DNA of 40,263 nucleotides from an uncultured Clostridia bacterium (GTDB lineage Bacteria; Bacillota; Clostridia; Christensenellales; UBA1242): NCBI GenBank assembly GCA_947089305.1, contig CAMUJQ010000002.1, positions 1 to 40,263 of the forward strand, read 5' to 3'. Shown piece by piece: positions 7,377 to 16,318 of this stretch (position 1 is its first letter; each line of letters starts with the position of its first letter). The notes under the pieces were generated by a model. It saw only the letters and a program-made list of their open reading frames with translations, ran no database searches and was not told where the DNA came from. The position numbers and the translations under genes were made by a program.

Positions 7377-8238
7377 ATTTTTTTATTCGATTTTTTTTAT
7401 CAATAATTTGACTAACAATATTATTTAATGCTTCTTCATTAACAATATTTTCTTCTATTAACCCATCCGTATTAACTATCTGTTTAGCAATTTCATTATA
7501 TTGGTTAGACATTATAAAGGCTTCATTTAAAGGATCTTTGGCTGCACGCGCTCCACTCATTGAATTTTTATAATTTGATGGCAGTTGCAATGCTACAACT
7601 TTTTTAAATGGCTTAAGTGCCTCTACAATATGTTTAAAACCAATTTTGTCTTCATTAAAATATTTTTCATATAGTTCTTTATCTAAACTTAAAAAGTTTG
7701 TTTTTAATTTTTCATAGTCACTATCAAGAGAAATTGCCATACCTCCACCTGTATCAATAATGCATGGCTCATTTATTTGTTTTAATACACTTGAAAGTAA
7801 TTCGTTTTCAAACTGCTTTTGATAAAAATGCCAAGCTTTAGGCCCAAAATTATCTCTTAAATAATTCGATACTTTTCCAGTAAAACCCATATCTTCATAA
7901 TTTTGTAAATTTGGAAGAAGCTTTCTCATTTTGATTTGGGAATTTGTAATCCAAATTTCATTTTTTAAATATTCAACCTTACCCTCATCTTCTTTAGCCA
8001 AAAATCCACTATCTTTAGTTTTTACTGCAATCCTATATAATTCTTCTTCTAAGTTATCTTTTTTTTCAACAATAACATTTATATCTCTTGGGCAATGTCT
8101 CAACATATCTAAACAAATAACAGGATAATCCATTTGAAATGACAATCTTTTACTAACAACAGTTTTACCAACTCCTGCTGGTCCAACTAATATTATAGAG
8201 TTTTTTAAAATCTCATCTCTTGAATAACTTTTTTCCAT
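7375..8238 (-). CDS. P-loop kinase-like protein (shikimate/gluconate-kinase-type fold) with a large insertion
   Basis: Walker A is ILVGPAGVGKT. DTGGGM resembles the shikimate-kinase TGGG motif but lies ~140 aa downstream of the P-loop. AAGGAGA SD is present. Confidence 0.5.
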   Translation of the reverse strand: MEKSYSRDEILKNSIILVGPAGVGKTVVSKRLSFQMDYPVICLDMLRHCPRDINVIVEKKDNLEEELYRIAVKTKDSGFLAKEDEGKVEYLKNEIWITNSQIKMRKLLPNLQNYEDMGFTGKVSNYLRDNFGPKAWHFYQKQFENELLSSVLKQINEPCIIDTGGGMAISLDSDYEKLKTNFLSLDKELYEKYFNEDKIGFKHIVEALKPFKKVVALQLPSNYKNSMSGARAAKDPLNEAFIMSNQYNEIAKQIVNTDGLIEENIVNEEALNNIVSQIIDKKNRIKK

Positions 8239-8281
8239 TATCTTTCTCCTTCTTCTATTATATAATATTTACCTTTTATTT

Positions 8282-9064
8282 TCAAGACTTAAATTCTTTT
8301 TCGGCTAAAAATTCAAGTCTTTTTATTTTTTTCTTTTCTAAAACAATATTTAACAAAGTGTAAATAAAGTATACTCCCCAAAATGGACAAAAAATTTGCA
8401 CAAGCATTCCTATAAAAGGATATAACTTAGGCGCAGCATTAAAAACTATTTGACTAATTTTAATTGGAATTGGTCTTGAAATATACATTAAATCTGAGCC
8501 TGTTGTCACATTCATTATATACGCTCCAATACAAGCTAAACCAACAAAAACAAAATAATTCAAGAAATGTTTTGCTTTAGGTTTATAAAAACCTGTTATA
8601 ACAATAAGTACTCCAATATAAATCATTAAGCCGTGATAAATCATAGTTCTAAGACACATAAAATGATAAATTGGATAAGATGGAATGTTTGCACTTGGAT
8701 AAATGAAAAATGCAGTGGCCCCAACTATTCCTCCAAAAAACATAAACGCTACGCCCGTGTTTTTAATGGTCTCATTTTTAAATAAGGCTAACACACAAGC
8801 ATACATAAATAATGAACAAAAATATAATGGAACAAATTCTATACTTGAAATTCCATTAACTATGCCAGTCCAAATCATTTTAATTATTTCAGTTAAAATT
8901 GTAAAAATACCAGCAACTAAAATAGCAATTCTTACCCCTCTTTTGTTCAAATGTTTAGAAAAAGCAAGACCTATTAATATAAGCATAATAACAATTGCTA
9001 ATGCTATAATATAAGTTAATGACCACATTCCACAAGCTGTTGCAGGATTAGACTTTGAAAACAT
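8282..9064 (-). CDS. Integral membrane protein, YwaF/TP0381-like
   Basis: About 7 predicted TM segments. PLYFCS, YPIYHF....YHG and GSDLMYISRP resemble the conserved blocks of the TP0381/YwaF family. Confidence 0.5.
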   Translation of the reverse strand: MFSKSNPATACGMWSLTYIIALAIVIMLILIGLAFSKHLNKRGVRIAILVAGIFTILTEIIKMIWTGIVNGISSIEFVPLYFCSLFMYACVLALFKNETIKNTGVAFMFFGGIVGATAFFIYPSANIPSYPIYHFMCLRTMIYHGLMIYIGVLIVITGFYKPKAKHFLNYFVFVGLACIGAYIMNVTTGSDLMYISRPIPIKISQIVFNAAPKLYPFIGMLVQIFCPFWGVYFIYTLLNIVLEKKKIKRLEFLAEKEFKS

Positions 9065-9082
9065 ATTTCTCCTATGTAGATA

Positions 9083-9111
9083 TATTGTAAATTAATTGTT
9101 GAATTTTGTCA
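9083..9111 (-). promoter_or_regulatory. Promoter TTGACA-N17-TACAAT
   Basis: Minus strand: TTGACA (9106-9111), TACAAT (9083-9088). The AGGAGA SD and ATG 9064 follow. Confidence 0.5.
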
Positions 9112-9131
9112 AATTATAGAATAATAATAAG

Positions 9132-9153
9132 AAAAAAACGCGTTAGCGCGTTT
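9132..9153 (-). terminator. Rho-independent terminator after the TfoX-N gene
   Basis: Minus strand: AAACGCG-CTAA-CGCGTTT followed by a T run. Confidence 0.6.
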
Positions 9154-9219
9154 AATTTGTTAGTATTTTTTTAATAAATACCTTAAATATTAATAGCTTA
9201 AAATAGCAATATATTGCCC

Positions 9220-9510
9220 TTATTTTTTTAAGCTTTCGCAAGTTGTGTAAATTATTTCTTTAACATGTTCAGTGTCTTCTAAATCCTCTAAAAAATACAT
9301 TGGCTTTGCACCTTTATATGGAATTTGTTCGGGCAAATTAAATTTTGCGTTTTCTGTTGTGCGCTTAATTAACACTCTTCCATCATATAACCCGCCAAAA
9401 AGAACATTATTTAAATATAATAAATATTCTCCCATCATAGGTCTGCAAATTAAATCCCCCAATTTTCCTAGTTCATAAACAACATAATCTCTAAAATCCT
9501 TGCTTGTCAT
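9220..9510 (-). CDS. TfoX/Sxy N-terminal domain protein
   Basis: RPMMGEYLLYLNNVLFGGLYDGRVLIK ... PYKGAKPMYFLEDLED matches the TfoX_N pattern. Start is moved to ATG 9510, which has an AGAGGAG SD. Confidence 0.7.
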   Translation of the reverse strand: MTSKDFRDYVVYELGKLGDLICRPMMGEYLLYLNNVLFGGLYDGRVLIKRTTENAKFNLPEQIPYKGAKPMYFLEDLEDTEHVKEIIYTTCESLKK

Positions 9511-9549
9511 TTTACTCCTCTTTTTTGTTTTACAATATTTCACAGCGAT

Positions 9550-10224
9550 TTATTTTTTAAGCAAAATATGATAATGATAAGAATAACTTGGTTTTCCGTT
9601 TTTATCAAAAAAGTCTTTTACTTCACTAACTTTTATTATTTCAAAATTTTTAAAAAGCTTTAATATCAATTTGTAATCAGCATAGAAATGAGGAACATTA
9701 TATTCAGGAGAATCATCCTTTCTTATTCTTGTGTTTTTATCAACCAAAGGCCATTCTTTTTGTTTAAATGCCCAAGTGTTTTTTGAACACAAAGTTAAAA
9801 AGATTTCTCCATTTGGTTTTAAAATTCTATAAATTTCTTTAATTATGTTATTTACTCCTTCAGTATCAGTATGTGAAATAACATTATAACTTAAAATTGC
9901 ATCGAAAGTTTCGTCTTTATAAGGCATATGCAACATGTCGCCTTGTTTACATTGAGCCTTTAAACCTTGCTTTTTAAGTGCACTCTTTGTAGATAAAATT
10001 GCCTCTTCACTTAAATCAAAGGCACTAACATTAAAGCCCGCCTTACTAAAAAGCAAAGTATGACGACCAAGCCCGCAACCAAGATCTAGAAAATCTTTTT
10101 TATTTTGAGACATCCATCTATCTACCAAATAATATGCTTGTTCACTTGGTGTTAGCCAAATATGTTTAACATCCTTTTCAACTTTATTCCAATCCCATGG
10201 TTTTGAATCTATCAATTTTAACAC
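9550..10224 (-). CDS. Class I SAM-dependent methyltransferase
   Basis: Motif I is FLDLGCGLGRH, followed by acidic post-I (AFDLS) and LKPNGEIFL motifs. GTG start just after AGGAGA. Confidence 0.75.
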   Translation of the reverse strand: MLKLIDSKPWDWNKVEKDVKHIWLTPSEQAYYLVDRWMSQNKKDFLDLGCGLGRHTLLFSKAGFNVSAFDLSEEAILSTKSALKKQGLKAQCKQGDMLHMPYKDETFDAILSYNVISHTDTEGVNNIIKEIYRILKPNGEIFLTLCSKNTWAFKQKEWPLVDKNTRIRKDDSPEYNVPHFYADYKLILKLFKNFEIIKVSEVKDFFDKNGKPSYSYHYHILLKK

Positions 10225-10233
10225 TCTCCTATT

Positions 10234-11832
10234 TTAATCTTTACATGCCCCAATAAAAGCTTCAAAAAGTGGATGAGGATTATCTGGGCGACTTTTAAAT
10301 TCTGGATGAAATTGTGAAGCAACATAAAACTTATGATTAGGCAATTCTACAATTTCAACAAGATTTCTTTCTTCATTAACGCCCGCAATCACCATGCCAT
10401 TATTTTCAAAATCTTTTCTAAATTTATTATTAAATTCATATCTATGGCGATGTCTTTCAGAAATATGTTTTTTACCATAAGCCTTATAAGTTTTTGTGCC
10501 TTGCGTTAAAGTGCATTCATATGCCCCAAGTCGCATTGTTCCACCCTTTTCACTTATACCTTTTTGGTCTTCCATTATATCAATTACATTATGTTTAGAA
10601 GCTGTTTCAAACTCACTTGAAGACGCATCATTCCATTTAATAACATTTCTAGCAAACTCTATAACAGCAATTTGCATGCCCAAACATAAACCAAGATATG
10701 GGATATTGTTTTCACGAGCATAAGTTGCCGCCATAATTTTTCCTTCAACGCCACGTGTGCCAAAACCACCAGGAACTACAATACCTTTTAATTCACTAAG
10801 CATTGCTTCTGCTCCATTTTTTTCAATGTCAACTGAGTCAATAAGTTTTACCTTAACTTTTACACCATTATTAAGGCCCGCGTGTTTAAGAGCTTCTGTA
10901 ACTGATATATATGCATCGGCAACTGCAGTATATTTTCCAACAATACCAACTTTAACTTCTTGTTTATTACTTTTAAGTTTTGAAATCATATTTTTCCAGC
11001 CCGACATATCAGCCTTGCCAGCTTTCAATTTTAATAGTTTGCAAACAATTTTATCTAAACCCTCTTTCTGCATCATTAAAGGTAAATCATATAAGCATTT
11101 TGCATCGCTATTATGAATTACAAATTCTTTGCCACGAAGATTACAAAACATTGCCAATTTTTCTTTCATCTCATCTGTTAAATCAATACCAGCATTAGTT
11201 CTACAAACTAAAATATCAGGTTGAATCCCAAGCCTTGTTAATTCTTTTACACTATTTTGCGCTGGCTTAGTTTTAACTTCTTGTGCAGCTTCTAAATAAG
11301 GAAGAAGTGCAACATGCAAGAAAACTAAGTTCTCTTGCCCAACTTCCATTCTAAGTTGCCTAACAGCCTCTAAAAATGAAAGCCCTTCTATATCTCCAAC
11401 AGTGCCACCGATTTCAACAATAACAATATCTGTATCATCTCCACCAGCACCTTGTATATCTTCTTTTATTTCATTAGTAACATGAGGAACAACTTGAATA
11501 GTTCTTCCAAGATATTTACCTTCTCTTTCTTTTGCAATAATACTAGAATAAATTTTACCACTTGTATAATTACAATTTTTATTGCAAGTAATTCCTAAAA
11601 ATCTTTCATAATGTCCAATATCAAGGTCAGTTTCAGTCCCGTCATCAGTTACAAAAACCTCCCCATGTTGATATGGACTCATAGTTCCCGGGTCAACATT
11701 AATATAAGGATCAAGTTTTTGAACTGCAACACTAAAACCACGATTTTTTAAAAGTCTACCAAGACTCGCTGCCGTTATACCCTTTCCTAAACTAGAAACT
11801 ACACCACCCGTTACTACAATATATTTACTCAT
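10234..11832 (-). CDS. pyrG: CTP synthase
   Basis: KYIVVTGGVVSSLGKG N-terminus and a C-terminal glutamine amidotransferase domain (GLCLGMQ, HRHRYE). Start is set at ATG 11832 behind a GGGAGGA SD. Confidence 0.93.
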   Translation of the reverse strand: MSKYIVVTGGVVSSLGKGITAASLGRLLKNRGFSVAVQKLDPYINVDPGTMSPYQHGEVFVTDDGTETDLDIGHYERFLGITCNKNCNYTSGKIYSSIIAKEREGKYLGRTIQVVPHVTNEIKEDIQGAGGDDTDIVIVEIGGTVGDIEGLSFLEAVRQLRMEVGQENLVFLHVALLPYLEAAQEVKTKPAQNSVKELTRLGIQPDILVCRTNAGIDLTDEMKEKLAMFCNLRGKEFVIHNSDAKCLYDLPLMMQKEGLDKIVCKLLKLKAGKADMSGWKNMISKLKSNKQEVKVGIVGKYTAVADAYISVTEALKHAGLNNGVKVKVKLIDSVDIEKNGAEAMLSELKGIVVPGGFGTRGVEGKIMAATYARENNIPYLGLCLGMQIAVIEFARNVIKWNDASSSEFETASKHNVIDIMEDQKGISEKGGTMRLGAYECTLTQGTKTYKAYGKKHISERHRHRYEFNNKFRKDFENNGMVIAGVNEERNLVEIVELPNHKFYVASQFHPEFKSRPDNPHPLFEAFIGACKD

Positions 11833-11954
11833 TTCTTCCTCCCTAATTAAAAGTATAACATATTCGACATTTTTCCTCAAATAAATTCTAATTATAGGTT
11901 AAGTTAAATTGCACAAAAAAAGTAGAATACAAAATCTACCTTTTTTTCATAAAA

Positions 11955-12902
11955 TTAAATTTTTAACATTCTATTAATATGTTTATTTAAATCTTTATAC
12001 ACCAATTCGCCCTTTTCTTCTAACCATTGCTTAGTTACTTTAACTTTTTCATATTTTTCTTTCATAAAATTAGTATATTTATCCCAAGAATAAGTTTCAA
12101 TAAATTTTGCTAAATTAGAGAAATTGCAAATATCTTTTAAGAATTGCTTATTTTTAATTTCAAATATCTGCTCTTTAAATTCCTTAACAACATCAGGAAA
12201 CTTTTGTTTTATTACATCAATGTTTAATTGTGCATATTTCATATATAAATCATAAAAACTTTGTCTATTTTCCATATGATTAAACAAAAGAAATAAATGT
12301 GAATATTCATTATCAAATAAAGGTGCTGATTTTAAATTACCTTCTTTATCTTTAATAAAACCTAAATTACCAAAGTGCGCATTTTGGTCCACTATTAAAT
12401 ATTTAAATAACATTTTCTTTGCCAAATCTTTAGCTAGTTCTTTATTGCTTATAAATGGTTCTTCATCAAATAGTTCATGCAATTTATAAACACAAAAAGC
12501 AAAATTTATAAACTCGTCAAAATTTATATTCTTGGCTTTATGTTTTTCATAATAATCTAAAAGGCTTAAAAACTTTTCACCTTTGTTTAAAAAGTTTTCT
12601 GTTAAAACTCCTTTGTCAATATATTTACTCTCTATTTTATTAACACCTTTACAAACAGCTAAATCATATTGTGCGCATGCATAATTTAAAAACTTTGCAA
12701 GCCTTGAACTAAACACTTCAGAAACTGCAAAGAACTCTGTCATATATGGTTTTTGAGTAGATAAAGGTTTAAAAATCTTTCTTCCATTTTCAAAAACAGG
12801 AAAAACTTTAATGCATGTTTCACCTTCTTCATTTTTAGTAAATTCAATACTTCTTTCACTTTCTTTTAAATCAATATTATTTATCTTATATATATTATCC
12901 AC
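11955..12902 (-). CDS. HipA-like kinase-fold protein (orphan, atypical catalytic motif)
   Basis: LIVDQNAHFGNLGF...SAPLFDNE aligns with E. coli HipA LIGATDGHAKNFS...LTPFYDI. PLSTQKP resembles the GxQxK loop. GTG start behind a GAGGT SD. Confidence 0.4.
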   Translation of the reverse strand: MDNIYKINNIDLKESERSIEFTKNEEGETCIKVFPVFENGRKIFKPLSTQKPYMTEFFAVSEVFSSRLAKFLNYACAQYDLAVCKGVNKIESKYIDKGVLTENFLNKGEKFLSLLDYYEKHKAKNINFDEFINFAFCVYKLHELFDEEPFISNKELAKDLAKKMLFKYLIVDQNAHFGNLGFIKDKEGNLKSAPLFDNEYSHLFLLFNHMENRQSFYDLYMKYAQLNIDVIKQKFPDVVKEFKEQIFEIKNKQFLKDICNFSNLAKFIETYSWDKYTNFMKEKYEKVKVTKQWLEEKGELVYKDLNKHINRMLKI

Positions 12903-13048
12903 TTCCTACCTCTAGTTTAATTGTATCATATTAAAACATATATAGTCAATATGGCTTTTAAATTTATCTTTATATAAAATTAAGAATATTTATTTGCTTA
13001 AAAATTATATTTAGTGTAATATTATTTTAGTTAAATAAGGAGTTACTT

Positions 13049-14761
13049 ATGAAAAAAGAGCAAAATACTAAAAAACAAAGAAGCACAATTGTTTTGCTTT
13101 GGAGCGTAATGAAGAAAAATGAAAAACTAAAGTTTTTCTTTCTAATATTTTTAGGTTTAATAGCATCGATTGCTGTTTTAATTCCAACTCAAATTGTTAG
13201 TATTATTATTTCAAAGTTATCAGGAAATACGGCGCACTTTTTTGGCATTGCAATTCCAAATGCGTGGGGCTATGTGCCTATTATAATTGCAGGTGGCGCC
13301 ATAACCTATTTAATGCACATACTCCATGTTACCTATGAACTTCAAATAGAAGCATTAATAAAACGAGTTTTAGCAAATTTACGTTCTCACACATATTCTT
13401 GGTTAATCAGTCCACGTAAAAACATGGATTTAAAAATGACACAAGGTGATGCTTTATATCGTTTAAATGAAGGCCCTGAAGGCATATTAAATGCTTTAGA
13501 AAAATTATTTGTGAGTGTAATTCCTCAAATTTTATCAGGCGTTATTGCTCTTTGCTATATATGTGTTATGGATATTGTTTCTATGCCTTTTATAATTGTA
13601 GGTCTTATTTTAGTATGGCTTTGCGTTATGGTAAGAACAAAATTAGAAAATAAAATTGCTGTAAATCTTGAAACAACTAAATCTGCTGTTACAAACAGTG
13701 TAGCAAACTCTATAGTCAACCTTCCTGTAATTACCCTTTATAAATCAATGTTTTTAGAACAATCTATTTTTAACAATAAAATTGAAGCTTTTTATAAGCA
13801 GCAAAAAAAGAAAATTAATGTTAGATGGGTTTATTGGACAGTATCTCGAGTTATAGAAATATTATGTACTTTTGGAATTATCTTCTTATGTGCAAAACGA
13901 GTATTTTCAAATACTATGGACCCAAGTAGCATTGTAATTATTGTAAATTATGTTGCTCAAATATTTAGCCCTCTTCAACTTATAAGTTACTTCTCTACTA
14001 AATGGGTAGAATGCAAAGTAAAAATTAATCGACTTTATGAAATCAAGCCTAGCGATGAAGATTTATTACCTTTAACTCCCCTTGATATTGATAAAATAAA
14101 TTCTCTTGAATTAAAGCATGTAGATATTCAAAACGGAGATGTTTTTAGAATTGAAAATGTAAATGCCAAATTTAAAAAAGGTGAACTTGCCGTTGTTTAT
14201 GGAGAGTCTGGTTGCGGAAAGTCTACAATCATGAGAGTTATTAGTGGGCTATGCGAACGCAAAGCAGGTGAAATTATTGTAAATGAAAATATACCTTTAC
14301 AAACTGGTTATTTAATATCTGAAAAAATGTCTGTAACCATGCAAAGCCCTTATATATTTAATCGTGACGTTAAATTAAATATTCTCTACCCCGACGGCAA
14401 TAAATTTAATAATGTTCAAGAAATTATAGAACTTCTTTCTATGCAAAAACTTTATAACAGAAAGTTTGACGAAAAGAAGCAACAAAACTTAGAGAATATG
14501 CTTTCAGGTGGAGAAAAAAAGAGAATTTGCATAACTCGCGGATTAATTCGTCCTGCTGATATTTATATTTTTGATGAGCCAACAAATGACCTTGACCATA
14601 AAAATGCTATGAATGTAATTAAAAGCATTAATAAACTCAAAAAGAATGCAATTGTTATTTGCGTAACACATGATGAACGTGTTATGAAAAAAGCTGACCA
14701 ACTTATTGAGTTTAATAACAAAGTAATGATTGAATCTGAAAAGATATTAGAAGAAAAATAA
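13049..14761 (+). CDS. ABC exporter, fused permease and ATP-binding domains (half-transporter)
   Basis: N-terminal multi-TM domain. Walker A GESGCGKST, signature LSGGEKKR, Walker B IYIFDEPTNDLD. AAGGAG SD is present. Confidence 0.88.
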   Translation: MKKEQNTKKQRSTIVLLWSVMKKNEKLKFFFLIFLGLIASIAVLIPTQIVSIIISKLSGNTAHFFGIAIPNAWGYVPIIIAGGAITYLMHILHVTYELQIEALIKRVLANLRSHTYSWLISPRKNMDLKMTQGDALYRLNEGPEGILNALEKLFVSVIPQILSGVIALCYICVMDIVSMPFIIVGLILVWLCVMVRTKLENKIAVNLETTKSAVTNSVANSIVNLPVITLYKSMFLEQSIFNNKIEAFYKQQKKKINVRWVYWTVSRVIEILCTFGIIFLCAKRVFSNTMDPSSIVIIVNYVAQIFSPLQLISYFSTKWVECKVKINRLYEIKPSDEDLLPLTPLDIDKINSLELKHVDIQNGDVFRIENVNAKFKKGELAVVYGESGCGKSTIMRVISGLCERKAGEIIVNENIPLQTGYLISEKMSVTMQSPYIFNRDVKLNILYPDGNKFNNVQEIIELLSMQKLYNRKFDEKKQQNLENMLSGGEKKRICITRGLIRPADIYIFDEPTNDLDHKNAMNVIKSINKLKKNAIVICVTHDERVMKKADQLIEFNNKVMIESEKILEEK

Positions 14762-14770
14762 ATTTTAAAT

Positions 14771-14796
14771 GCGCAAAATAAAATTTGCGCTTTTTT
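14771..14796 (+). terminator. Rho-independent terminator after the ABC exporter
   Basis: GCGCAAA-ATAAAA-TTTGCGC followed by TTTTTT. Confidence 0.7.
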
Positions 14797-14802
14797 ATTA
14801 AC

Positions 14803-14831
14803 TTGACAAAAATATTTATGATTTGTAAAAT
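14803..14831 (+). promoter_or_regulatory. Promoter TTGACA-N17-TAAAAT, 9 nt upstream of the comFC-1 ATG
   Basis: TTGACA (14803-14808), TAAAAT (14826-14831), then AATTTCAAC and ATG 14841. No SD, which implies a leaderless or near-leaderless mRNA. Confidence 0.55.
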
Positions 14832-14840
14832 AATTTCAAC

Positions 14841-15545
14841 ATGAAAAATATTTTTAATTATATTTCTAATTTATTATTTCCGCAAAAACTAAAATGCATA
14901 GTTTGTAAAAATGAACTTTGCAATTCTAACAATATGTATTTGTGTAAAAATTGTTTTAATAATGTTTTTTACATAAAGAATCCTTGTCCAACTTGCGGAG
15001 ATGAAATGCTTAATGGCAACACTTATTGTCTTAATTGTAAAAATCGCGCTGTGACATATTTTAAATTTAATAGAAGTGTATTTGTCTACAATAATGTTGC
15101 TAAAAATTTAATAACTAGAGCAAAATTTAGAGGCGAAAAATATCTTGTAGCTTTTTTATTTGATGAATTATATAAACTTTATATCAACTTAAACTTATCC
15201 ATTGATTTAATAACCTATGTACCTAGCAAAACAAATAAAGATAGATTTTATAATATTCCTGAACTACTAGCAAAAAAATTATCTGATAAAACAGCTATAC
15301 CCTTAATTAAAACATTAGAATGTATTAAAACAGATGAACAAAAAAACAAAGATTTTACTTCGAGGCAAATAAATGTTAAAAATGCTTTTAAATTTATTAA
15401 TTGCGATGTAAAATATAAAAATATTTTACTTATTGATGATATATATACAACAGGGGCAACAATTAATGAATGTAGCAAACTACTAAAAACACATGGTGCA
15501 CAAACTATTTATGCATTAACCTTGGCGCATACTTTAAAAAAATAA
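14841..15545 (+). CDS. comFC: ComF family protein (ComFC-type phosphoribosyltransferase), copy 1
   Basis: N-terminal 4-Cys pairs (CIVC...CKNC...CPTC...CLNC) and C-terminal PRT motif LLIDDIYTTGAT. Confidence 0.85.
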   Translation: MKNIFNYISNLLFPQKLKCIVCKNELCNSNNMYLCKNCFNNVFYIKNPCPTCGDEMLNGNTYCLNCKNRAVTYFKFNRSVFVYNNVAKNLITRAKFRGEKYLVAFLFDELYKLYINLNLSIDLITYVPSKTNKDRFYNIPELLAKKLSDKTAIPLIKTLECIKTDEQKNKDFTSRQINVKNAFKFINCDVKYKNILLIDDIYTTGATINECSKLLKTHGAQTIYALTLAHTLKK

Positions 15546-15559
15546 TAAAAGGAACACAA

Positions 15560-16291
15560 ATGAAAAACTTTTTAAATAAATTAAGTGAAATTTTATTCCC
15601 TTCTAGTTTAAAATGCGTTATTTGTAAATCTGAACTAAACAATGGCGGATATAATTCTATTTGCAATAAGTGTATTGCAGAAATGCAACTTATCACTATT
15701 CCCTGCACTACTTGTGGAGACAACATGCAACATGAAAACATTTATTGCTTAAATTGTAAAAGCAGAAAAGAAACTTACTTCGCAAGAAACCGAAGTGTTT
15801 TTATATATGAAAATGCAGCTAAAAATCTTGTAATTAGCGCTAAATTTAATGGCGAAAAATATTTAGCGCAAACTATGTCAAAGTTCATGAAAAGTTGCTA
15901 CCTTGATAACCGTTATAAATGTGAATTAATTACTTTTGTTCCTAGTGGCTTAAAACGCACAAAAGAGAGGGGTTTTAACCTTGCAAAATTACTAGCAGAC
16001 AATTTATCTATGGAATTAAACTTACCTTTAGTTGATACTATGCAAAGGATAAATGAAACACATCAAATTAACAAAGATTTTAAATCTAGACAAGAAAACA
16101 TAAAAGATGCTTTTAAACTTTTAGAAAATGTAGATATAAAAAACAAAATAGTGCTACTAGTAGATGATGTATACACAACAGGCGCAACAATGAACGAATG
16201 TAGTAAAGTTTTAAAAAAAGCTGGAGCAAAAGAAGTGTTTGGCTTAACTTTTGCTCATACTCAAAAAAAAGTTATTAATGAGTTAAACTAA
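15560..16291 (+). CDS. comFC: ComF family protein (ComFC-type phosphoribosyltransferase), copy 2
   Basis: Same architecture (CVIC...CNKC...CTTC...CLNC; LLVDDVYTTGAT). By eye, roughly half of the aligned residues are identical to copy 1. Confidence 0.85.
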   Translation: MKNFLNKLSEILFPSSLKCVICKSELNNGGYNSICNKCIAEMQLITIPCTTCGDNMQHENIYCLNCKSRKETYFARNRSVFIYENAAKNLVISAKFNGEKYLAQTMSKFMKSCYLDNRYKCELITFVPSGLKRTKERGFNLAKLLADNLSMELNLPLVDTMQRINETHQINKDFKSRQENIKDAFKLLENVDIKNKIVLLVDDVYTTGATMNECSKVLKKAGAKEVFGLTFAHTQKKVINELN

Positions 16292-16318
16292 TTTAATTGA
16301 ATAACATATATATTAAAT

